Source of the DNA: an uncultured Opitutaceae bacterium
GTDB lineage: Bacteria; Verrucomicrobiota; Verrucomicrobiia; Opitutales; Opitutaceae
Direction of reading: 5' to 3'
Assembly: GCA_937983335.1 (NCBI GenBank)
Contig: CALKAB010000016.1
Coordinates: forward strand, 1,106 to 65,105
Length of the DNA: 64,000 nucleotides
The notes below the pieces were generated by a model that made no database searches, was not told the DNA's origin, and saw nothing but the letters and a program-made list of their open reading frames with translations. The position numbers and the translations under genes were made by a program. Each line of letters starts with the position of its first letter. The first letter of the stretch is position 1. This document shows, piece after piece, positions 36,523 to 43,788 of the stretch.

Positions 36523-37254
36523 ATGAAACTTGCCGTTATCGGCAACGTCCTGCGTTGCAGTCAGCTCTTTGCGGCGCTGCCGACGGAGGATCTGGCCGCT
36601 ATCGCCCGACTGGTAGTGCTGCTCAAGCTGGCGAAGAACGCCTATCTCTTTCGGGAAGGTGAGCCTTCCAAGGGGTTTTACCTGGTGCAAAGCGGTGCGG
36701 TGAACGTCCATCGCATGAATGCGGCCGGCAAAGAACAGGTGATCCATGTTTTCCGCGCCGGAGAGACATTGGCCGAGGCGTCGTTGGCATCGCCCACCGG
36801 ATATCCTGCCAATGCCCGGGCGGTCGAACCCAGCGGCGTCCTGCTGCTGCCGAAAGTTCCGATTCTAGGGATGATCGCCCGTAACCCGGATCTCGCCCTG
36901 CGGATGCTGGGCTCAATGGGTGCGCATCTGCGGGTCGTCGTGGGCATGCTGGACGATCTCGCCCTCAAGGATGTAGAGACGCGGCTGCTCAACTGGTTGG
37001 TGAAACAAAGCCGGTCTGCGCCGGGAGGAACGATCCGGCTGGAGGGGACCAAGCGGGTGCTGGCCGCAGAACTGGGCACCGGCAGTGAGACGTTTTCCCG
37101 CACGCTGGCGCGGTTGCGAGACGAAGGTCTGATCCGGGTGTCCGGCCGCACGATCATTATCTGCGATGCCGGCGGATTGCGCTCACGTTTGCAGCGCAAC
37201 CTTGGTGGCGGGGGGGGGTCCGTTGATAAACCTAAGTCCGCGCGAAAGCGGTGA
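36523..37254 (+). CDS. Crp/Fnr family transcriptional regulator
   Basis: cNMP-binding-like N-domain (YLFREGEPSKGFYLVQSGAV) and C-terminal HTH (TKRVLAAELGTGSETFSRTLARLRDEGLI). The track start at 36493 is TTG; the ATG at 36523 is preferred. Confidence 0.8.
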   Translation: MKLAVIGNVLRCSQLFAALPTEDLAAIARLVVLLKLAKNAYLFREGEPSKGFYLVQSGAVNVHRMNAAGKEQVIHVFRAGETLAEASLASPTGYPANARAVEPSGVLLLPKVPILGMIARNPDLALRMLGSMGAHLRVVVGMLDDLALKDVETRLLNWLVKQSRSAPGGTIRLEGTKRVLAAELGTGSETFSRTLARLRDEGLIRVSGRTIIICDAGGLRSRLQRNLGGGGGSVDKPKSARKR

Positions 37255-37281
37255 AATGACTGCGACTGAATGACGGTTTGC

Positions 37282-37491
37282 TCAGGCCGGCGTTCGCCCG
37301 CCCAGCAGCCGGGCGGGCAGGAACAGCACGGCCTTGATGAAGGCAAACAGGGCGCCGAGGCACACGCCGGCCAGCCGGAAGGGCAGGGCGAGGAGCCAGA
37401 CCAGCGGGGCGAGGACCAAGGCAAGCAACGCCACCGGCCAGCACAGCACGAGGAGCAGGCACCAGAGCAGAAAGATCCCAAGGGTGTTCAT
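37282..37491 (-). CDS. hypothetical small membrane protein (two predicted TM helices)
   Basis: 69-aa strongly hydrophobic ORF with an ATG start in an otherwise unassigned gap. No family recognised. Confidence 0.3.
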   Translation of the reverse strand: MNTLGIFLLWCLLLVLCWPVALLALVLAPLVWLLALPFRLAGVCLGALFAFIKAVLFLPARLLGGRTPA

Positions 37492-37599
37492 GATACCAAC
37501 CTAACCCGGAGCCGGGCCGGAAAGTTACGGATTTTCGGCGGGGCACCGCGAATATTTGAACCGACTCAGGCCGGCGCGCGACCTTAGGGTTGAATAACG

Positions 37600-38160
37600 A
37601 TGAACCGTGAGCTGAAACACGTCCTCAGTGAGCTGCTGGTGCTGCAGGCGCAGACCGGGGACGAGGCGGCCTTCCGCCGGCTCCACGAACTGTGGCGGGC
37701 CGACCTGCACCGGCTGGCGTTGGCACGGGTGGAGCAGCCGGTGGCGGCGGGGGAGGTCGGGGCCGAGGTCTGGCTCGACATCGCCCGCGGGCTGCACCGG
37801 CTGGAAGATCCGGCGCGGTTCCCGGCCTGGGCGATGCGGATCGTGCAGCGGCGCAGTGCGGACTGGGTGCGGCAACGCAGCCGGGACCGGCGGCGCGAGG
37901 CCGCGGCCGCCGGCAACGCGGAGGAGCTGGCACCGACGGCCGGCCCCGCGGAACCGGCCGTCGCGGTCCTGCGGCTCCGCCAGGCGATCCGCCGTTTGCC
38001 TGCGGACAAGCGGGAGCTCCTGCACCTGTTCTACGACCTGGGGCGCAGCGTTGCCGAGGTCGCCGAGATCCTCGGGCTCGCGCCCGGCACCGTGAAATCA
38101 CGCCTGTTTTCCGTCCGTGAAATCCTGAAACAACAACTCGAAGGGAAATCCCATGAATGA
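37600..38160 (+). CDS. ECF-type RNA polymerase sigma-70 factor
   Basis: 186 aa. Region 2 (FRRLHELWRADLHRLA ... FPAWAMRIVQRR) and region 4 HTH (LLHLFYDLGRSVAEVAEILGLAPGTVKSRL). Confidence 0.8.
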   Translation: MNRELKHVLSELLVLQAQTGDEAAFRRLHELWRADLHRLALARVEQPVAAGEVGAEVWLDIARGLHRLEDPARFPAWAMRIVQRRSADWVRQRSRDRRREAAAAGNAEELAPTAGPAEPAVAVLRLRQAIRRLPADKRELLHLFYDLGRSVAEVAEILGLAPGTVKSRLFSVREILKQQLEGKSHE

Positions 38161-38518
38161 CATCGACCGACAGATCCAGGCCGCCCTGCGCGGCGACGAC
38201 AACGGGGGCGCCGAGCCCAACATTGCAGAGGAGGTGCTCGGCGCGTTCCGGGGCCGGCACCGCGTGCTGTCCACGTTTGTGTTTGGCTTCAGCTTCGTGC
38301 TCTTCATCGGCGCGGTGTGGGCCGGGGTGAAGTTTTACCAGTCCGCGCCGGACCTCACCCTGCAGCTGCGCTGGGGCGGGCTCACGCTGCTCCTCACGCT
38401 CATGGTGAGCTTCATCAAGGTGTGGTTCTGGCTGGAGATGCAGTCCAACCGCATGCTGCGGGAGCTGAAGCGTCTCGAGCTTACGGTCGCGTCGAAACCG
38501 GCCGGCAAGGAGCGATAA
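38153..38518 (+). CDS. putative membrane-anchored anti-sigma-like partner protein
   Basis: 121 aa. Overlaps the sigma gene end by 8 nt. Two TM helices, then a C-terminal amphipathic helix (WLEMQSNRMLRELKRLEL). Function is inferred from position only. Confidence 0.45.
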   Translation: MNDIDRQIQAALRGDDNGGAEPNIAEEVLGAFRGRHRVLSTFVFGFSFVLFIGAVWAGVKFYQSAPDLTLQLRWGGLTLLLTLMVSFIKVWFWLEMQSNRMLRELKRLELTVASKPAGKER

Positions 38519-38561
38519 ACTATTGATGATTTCCAATAGAAGTGACGACAGACGTGAGCCG

Positions 38562-38630
38562 GGTAGGGACCGATCTCCGAGCGGCCCGCCCGGAGGTCGG
38601 GCCCTGCCTTACGGTCACTTCTTTGGGTAA
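38562..38630 (+). repeat. ~70-bp GC-rich hairpin element
   Basis: GGTAGGGACCGATCTCCGAGCGGCCCGCCCGGAGGTCGGGCCCTGCCTTACGGTCACTTCTTTGGGTAA. About 64 of 69 positions are identical to 55334-55402. About an 18-bp stem is predicted by eye. Confidence 0.8.
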
Positions 38631-38675
38631 GTCACAACAGGGCGTTTCAAATTGTTCTGTAGCCGTTAATTTTCC

Positions 38676-38788
38676 TGTCATTCTGAGACGAAGCCGAAGT
38701 CTGGCCCGCAGGGCTGGACTGACATCCAGTAATTCTCTCGCAGCGGCAGGTGCATTGGATTCTTCGCCACGCTCAGAACGACAATCAC
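38676..38788. repeat. GTCATTCTGAG-type long-range inverted repeat
   Basis: TGTCATTCTGAGACGAAGC (38676-38694) pairs with GCTCAGAACGACAATCAC (38771-38788). A half-copy TGTCATTCTGAACG lies at 22645-22658. Confidence 0.55.
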
Positions 38789-38842
38789 TACGGCTGCGGT
38801 TTAATTTGAACCGCTCCAGCCGGGCCGCCGCGGGTGGTGTAG

Positions 38843-40693
38843 TCAGTCCGCGGCGGGCAGCTCCAGCACGAAGGTCGCGCCGCCGCCCGGGGTATCCTCG
38901 TAGCGGATGGTGCCGCCGGCGTGCCGGGCGCAGCATTGGGCGAGGTAAAGGCCGAGACCGTGGACGGCCTCGCCGCCCGTGGGCATCGTGCCGGCGGTGG
39001 CAAATTTTTCGAAAAGCCGGTCGCGCTGGTCAGGCGGGATGCCAGGACCGTTGTCGCTGACGCGCAACCGCAGGCCGTCGGCCTCCTGCCGGGCGGCGAG
39101 CGTGACGCGGCCGCCGTGCGGGGTATATTTCACGGCGTTGGAGAAAAGGTTCTCGGCCACGCGCTGCAACAGCAGCACCGGCCCCCGCCAGGCGAGACGT
39201 CCGGCGGGCAGGTTGATGCCAATATGGAGTGATTTTGTGCGGATGTCCGTCGCGTGGGCCAGTTGGAGGTCGGCGAAGAGCGCGGCGAGGTCGGCCGAAC
39301 CTTCTTTGGTGCGCATGGTGCCGCTCTCGATGGACTCGATGTCGAGCAGGGCCTGGGTGAGCTCCAGCATCTGGCGGTGGCTGCCGGCGAGCAGGGTGGC
39401 GGTCTCGACGACGTTTTTGCGGTCGTCGGGTGTGGCGGTGATTTCGCCGACCAGCTCAAGCGCGGCGGCCAGCGGGGCGCGCAGGTCGTGGGCGATGAGG
39501 CCGATGATGTCGGATTTTTCTCGGTAGAGTTTCTCGAGGCGCGTGTTCTGCTCTCGGATCTGCGCGTTGAAGGCCTCGGCCTCGGTGCGCAGCTTGCGTT
39601 CGTGGGCGGCCTCGGTCTGGGCGCGCTCGGCCTCGAAGGCCACCCGCAGGCGTTCGAGGTGCCGGCGCGATTCGTCGCGCTGGTTTTCCTCACGGATTTT
39701 GGCCGCGGCTTTGAGCTCTTCGCAGGCTTCGGCGTGGCGGCCGGCTGCGATCAAAGCCTCGGCGAGATACTGATGGGCCATCGCTTCGTAGGCCGGGGTC
39801 TTGGTGGCTCGGGCGGCGGCAAGGGCGGCGGTGAGGTCCACCAGCGCGGCCGCGGGGTCGCGTTCCGGGTTGCCAGGAGCGGTGAGCAGCACGCCGAGAT
39901 TGAGGTGCAGCAGGTAACGCAGTTCCTGCGAGGCCTCGCCGGTGAGCAGGGTTTCGACCTCGCGGAGCGTTTCGCGGGCCTCGGCAAAGCGGCCCAGGTC
40001 GCGCTCCACGCCGGAGAGGCTGCAGAGGGTGAAGGCGAGGCTCCAGCGGTCGCCGAGCTCCCGCTTGCCGGCGGCGGCGAGCTTGAAGAGCTCCGCGCAC
40101 TCCGGCAGCTCGCGGCCGAGATCCCAGAGGGTTTGTGCGAGGTTGTGGCGGGTCTGGGCGCGGAACTGCGGGTTGGTCTGGATGTGGGGTTTGGTGAGGA
40201 TGTCGCGAAAGACCTGCAGGGCGGATTCGCGGTCGCCCTGCGCATGCATGACCATCGCGGTGTTGGCCAGGGCGGCGGTGAGGCCGCGGCCGTCGCCGAT
40301 GGCTTCCGCCACGCGGGCTGATTCGTGGAAGTGCTCCAGGGCGCTGCGCTCGTCCGCCAGGGCGTGCTGGATGAGCCCGAGCATGTTGAGGCAGCGCATG
40401 ACCAGCTCCTGGTCTGCGGCGGTGCGCGCGAGCTCCAGGGCCTCGCGGGCGGCCTGCCGGGCCTCGGTTTGCTTGGAATCACGGTGCAGCAGGGTGGTCT
40501 GCACGAGCAGGGCGGCCGCCCGGGTGCCGGGATCCTCCGCCCCGGCCAAAACCTCCGCGGCCAGCCGGCGCGCAGTGGCGGGATCTGACCGCGTGACCGC
40601 CATCGCCTGCCGGGCGCGCTCCTGCAATGTGGACTCGAGGACGGACGACATGAGCCAATCGTTTCCAGCTGATCCGGCCGGATCAAGCGGCAT
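38843..40693 (-). CDS. TPR-repeat sensor histidine kinase (cytoplasmic)
   Basis: 616 aa. Long TPR-like N-terminal region, coiled coil, HisKA (IAHDLRAPL) and HATPase_c (DNGPGIP, GLGLYLA). Confidence 0.8.
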   Translation of the reverse strand: MPLDPAGSAGNDWLMSSVLESTLQERARQAMAVTRSDPATARRLAAEVLAGAEDPGTRAAALLVQTTLLHRDSKQTEARQAAREALELARTAADQELVMRCLNMLGLIQHALADERSALEHFHESARVAEAIGDGRGLTAALANTAMVMHAQGDRESALQVFRDILTKPHIQTNPQFRAQTRHNLAQTLWDLGRELPECAELFKLAAAGKRELGDRWSLAFTLCSLSGVERDLGRFAEARETLREVETLLTGEASQELRYLLHLNLGVLLTAPGNPERDPAAALVDLTAALAAARATKTPAYEAMAHQYLAEALIAAGRHAEACEELKAAAKIREENQRDESRRHLERLRVAFEAERAQTEAAHERKLRTEAEAFNAQIREQNTRLEKLYREKSDIIGLIAHDLRAPLAAALELVGEITATPDDRKNVVETATLLAGSHRQMLELTQALLDIESIESGTMRTKEGSADLAALFADLQLAHATDIRTKSLHIGINLPAGRLAWRGPVLLLQRVAENLFSNAVKYTPHGGRVTLAARQEADGLRLRVSDNGPGIPPDQRDRLFEKFATAGTMPTGGEAVHGLGLYLAQCCARHAGGTIRYEDTPGGGATFVLELPAAD

Positions 40694-40711
40694 CGGCCGA
40701 CTAGGGGAAAA

Positions 40712-42088
40712 TCACCATCCGGCGACCGTCACGCCGATGACGAGAAAGATCATGCCGGCGACGAGCAGCAGCAGCATCAACCGCGCGATCCAGCGCAGCC
40801 ACGAGCCGAAGGAAATCCCGGCGATGCCGAGGATGCCCATGAGGATGCCGCTGGTTGGGGTCACGAAATTGCACAGACCGTCACCCAGCTGGTAGGCCAC
40901 CACCGCGGCTTGCCGCGGAATCCCGAGCAGGTCCGACAGCGGGGCCATGATCGGCATGGTGAGGGCGGCTTGTCCGCTGCCGCTGGGCACGAGAAAGTTG
41001 AGGCAAAACTGCACCGCGAGCATGACCTGCACGGAGACGACCGCCGGCAGCCCCTCGGCGGCGCCGCTCAGGGTGTGCAGAATGGTGTCCACGATCCGGC
41101 CCTGTTCCATGACGATGAGAATGCTCCGGCTCAGGCCGATGAGGATGGCGGCGCCGACCATCTCGCGCGTGCCGGTGCCGAAGGCCCGGGCGGCGGCGTT
41201 GGGGGCGAGACCGCCGATGATCGCGGCGGCGAAACCAATGCCGAGGAACAGCGCGGCGATTTCCTCGATATACCAGTCCCATCGGGTGACGCCGTAGATC
41301 AGCAGGCCCAAGCCGGCGAGGAACAGTGCGAGCACGCCGAGCCGGCGGGCGGTGAGGGGATGCTCCTCCAGCTCCGCACCGGACAAAGCCGGACTTGCGG
41401 CCGGGGCTTGCTCAATCCGTGCGGCGTAGCGCATCACGTAGAGGATGGCGACGAGTGTGAGCACGGCCCACATTACCATGCGAAAACCCCAGCCGCTGAA
41501 AACCGGCAGGCCGCTCAAGCCTTGGGCGATGCCGACCGTGAAGGGATTGAAAGCCGCCCCGGCGAAGCCCACGCCCGCGCCAACAAATGGGATGGCGACG
41601 CCCACGATGGGGTCCCAGCCGAGCCGCCGCGCCAGCGGGATCGTGATCATCAGGAAGACCAGCACCTCCTCGGCCATGCCGAAGGTGTTTCCGCCGATGG
41701 AAAACGCGATCATCAGCACGGGGATGACAAGCCGGCGGCGGGCCGGGTTGTCACCCACGGTGCGCACGACCCACAGGAGCAGCGCGGGGATGGCGCCGGT
41801 GGCGTTGATGACGGCGAAGACCCCGCCGATCAGCAGCACGAAACCCATGATAAGGGCGGCGTGATGGTCGGTGAAACCCTTCAGCGGGGCGGTGAAGAAA
41901 CCGTGCCACGGCACGGGGCTCGCCTCGACGGCCTGGTAGGTGCCGGGCACCACGACCGTGCGCGTGCCTTCCTGCCGGCGCTCGAACTCGCCCGACGGGA
42001 CCAGCCAGGTCAGCACGACAGCGCCCAGCAGGACGGCGAGGATGATGAGCAGGGCGTCGGGCGCGCGGGTGGCCGGGGCGGGATTCAT
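40712..42088 (-). CDS. YfcC family (DcuC-like) membrane transporter
   Basis: 458 aa and polytopic. Characteristic GGNTFGMAEE motif, with about 10-12 hydrophobic helices. Confidence 0.7.
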   Translation of the reverse strand: MNPAPATRAPDALLIILAVLLGAVVLTWLVPSGEFERRQEGTRTVVVPGTYQAVEASPVPWHGFFTAPLKGFTDHHAALIMGFVLLIGGVFAVINATGAIPALLLWVVRTVGDNPARRRLVIPVLMIAFSIGGNTFGMAEEVLVFLMITIPLARRLGWDPIVGVAIPFVGAGVGFAGAAFNPFTVGIAQGLSGLPVFSGWGFRMVMWAVLTLVAILYVMRYAARIEQAPAASPALSGAELEEHPLTARRLGVLALFLAGLGLLIYGVTRWDWYIEEIAALFLGIGFAAAIIGGLAPNAAARAFGTGTREMVGAAILIGLSRSILIVMEQGRIVDTILHTLSGAAEGLPAVVSVQVMLAVQFCLNFLVPSGSGQAALTMPIMAPLSDLLGIPRQAAVVAYQLGDGLCNFVTPTSGILMGILGIAGISFGSWLRWIARLMLLLLVAGMIFLVIGVTVAGW

Positions 42089-42095
42089 GGCGGGC

Positions 42096-43730
42096 TCAAT
42101 CGGTCGCGAAATGCACCCCTTGCAGCGGGTGGATGTCGAGCAGGGTGTCGTGCCAGCCGCGCACGCGGGGGTCCACGAGGCACTTCGAGGTGTAGTAGTA
42201 GATTGGCATCACGGGCATCTCGTCGGCGAGGATGGCGCCGAGCTGGTGGAAGAGATCCACGCGCCGGGCGCGGTCGCCCTCGCGGGCCACCTGTGCCGCG
42301 ATCGCATCGTAGCGGGCGTTGGCAAAGCCGGAATTGTTGTTGCCGGCGCCGGTGAGCAGCAGGTTGGAAAAAACGGTGCCGTCGTTGTAGGAGGCGACCC
42401 AGCCGGCGCGGGAGATGTCGTAGTTGCCCTGCCGCCGGTTGCCGAGATAGACCTGCCATTCCTGGTTGGTCAGGCGGATGTCGATGCCGAGGTTGACCTT
42501 CCACATCTGCTGCACGGCCTCGGCGACGGCGCGGTGCGCCTCCAGGGTGTTGTAAAGGATTTCCAGGCGCGGAAAGCCGCGGCCCTCGGGGAAGCCGGCC
42601 TCGGCCAGCAGGCGGCGCGCCTCGGCGAGGTCCTTGGTGAAGCCCGGCGCCGGCCGGTTGTCCAGCGTGCCGGGATGCAGGAGGCTGAAGGCGGGCGTCT
42701 CGCCGCCCTGGGTCACGCTGCGCACGAGCGCGGCGCGGTCGATCGCCAGGCTCAGGGCGCGGCGCACGCGGGCATCGTTGAGCGGCGGGCGGTTGACGTT
42801 GAACTCGTAGTAATACACCGCGAGGAAGTCCGCGATGCGCAGCTCGGGCGCGCCGGCAGCCTGCATGCGCGGGATGAGGTGCGAGGGCACGGTGTTGGTG
42901 ATGTGCAGCTGGCCGCTGCGGAAGGCACGCTCCTCGGTGTCGGCCGACTCGATGGGAAACCAGCGGACGGCGTTCAGCTTCACGGCGGCACGGTTCCAGT
43001 AGTGCGGGTTGGGCCGCATCTCGATCACGCTGTTGCTGCGCCACTCGGTGAGGACAAAGGGGCCGTTGCCCACGAGGTTGCCGGGGCGGGTCCACGCCGT
43101 GCCGCGCTGGTCGATGGCGCCGTGTTTTTCAATGGTGGCGGGGTGGACGGGGTTGAAGGTGTTGTGCGTCAGCAGACCCGGCAGGTAGGGCACGGGATGC
43201 ACGAGCTCCACCCGGAAGGTATGGTCGTCGAGCGCGCGGATGCCGACCTCCGCCCAGGGCTTTTCGCCGGCATGAAAGGCGGTGGCGTGGCGGATCGGCT
43301 CGAAGAGGTAGGTGTAGCGGTTGCCGAGCTTGGGCGAGAGAATGCGGCGCCAGGCATACTCAAAATCATGCGCGGTGACGGGGTCGCCGTTGGACCAGCG
43401 CGCGTCGCGCCGGAAATGGAAGGTGTAGGTGCAACCGTCGTCGGAAACCTCCCAGCGCTCGGCGACGCCGGGGATGACCGTGAGGTCCTTGGGTTCGTAG
43501 GCGGTGAGGCCCTCGAACAACGCGCTGGTGAGCCGGTATTCCGGCACGCCCGTGGTGATGTGCGGATCGAGGTCCTCCGGCTCGGTGCCGTTGCCGATGA
43601 GCAGGATGCCGTCGCGGAGGGCGCGGTCGGCTGGGGATTCCTTGCGGGCGCAGCCGGCAAAAAGGAGCGCGGCGACAAGCGCCGGCGTGAGGACTGACAG
43701 AAGACCGCCCCGGCGTGACAGGATGCTCAT
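42096..43730 (-). CDS. ABC transporter substrate-binding lipoprotein, family 5 (peptide/nickel/oligosaccharide type)
   Basis: Family-5 SBP pattern throughout. Lipobox LFAGC. The track start at 43772 is TTG; the ATG at 43730 (MSILSRRGG...) is preferred. No permease or ATPase genes are adjacent. Confidence 0.75.
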   Translation of the reverse strand: MSILSRRGGLLSVLTPALVAALLFAGCARKESPADRALRDGILLIGNGTEPEDLDPHITTGVPEYRLTSALFEGLTAYEPKDLTVIPGVAERWEVSDDGCTYTFHFRRDARWSNGDPVTAHDFEYAWRRILSPKLGNRYTYLFEPIRHATAFHAGEKPWAEVGIRALDDHTFRVELVHPVPYLPGLLTHNTFNPVHPATIEKHGAIDQRGTAWTRPGNLVGNGPFVLTEWRSNSVIEMRPNPHYWNRAAVKLNAVRWFPIESADTEERAFRSGQLHITNTVPSHLIPRMQAAGAPELRIADFLAVYYYEFNVNRPPLNDARVRRALSLAIDRAALVRSVTQGGETPAFSLLHPGTLDNRPAPGFTKDLAEARRLLAEAGFPEGRGFPRLEILYNTLEAHRAVAEAVQQMWKVNLGIDIRLTNQEWQVYLGNRRQGNYDISRAGWVASYNDGTVFSNLLLTGAGNNNSGFANARYDAIAAQVAREGDRARRVDLFHQLGAILADEMPVMPIYYYTSKCLVDPRVRGWHDTLLDIHPLQGVHFATD

Positions 43731-43788
43731 GCGGCGAGTGGACTGTTTCACCTGACCGGTGGCAATCCGCAACGAGCAGCGAACCAGT

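Noticed and set aside
38520-38936. 138-aa minus-strand ORF spanning the 38.5-38.8 kb gap.
   Set aside because: It is composed almost entirely of translated repeat elements (the GC-rich hairpin and the GTCATTCTGAG inverted repeat), and its 5' end overlaps the histidine kinase 3' end. No coding signature.
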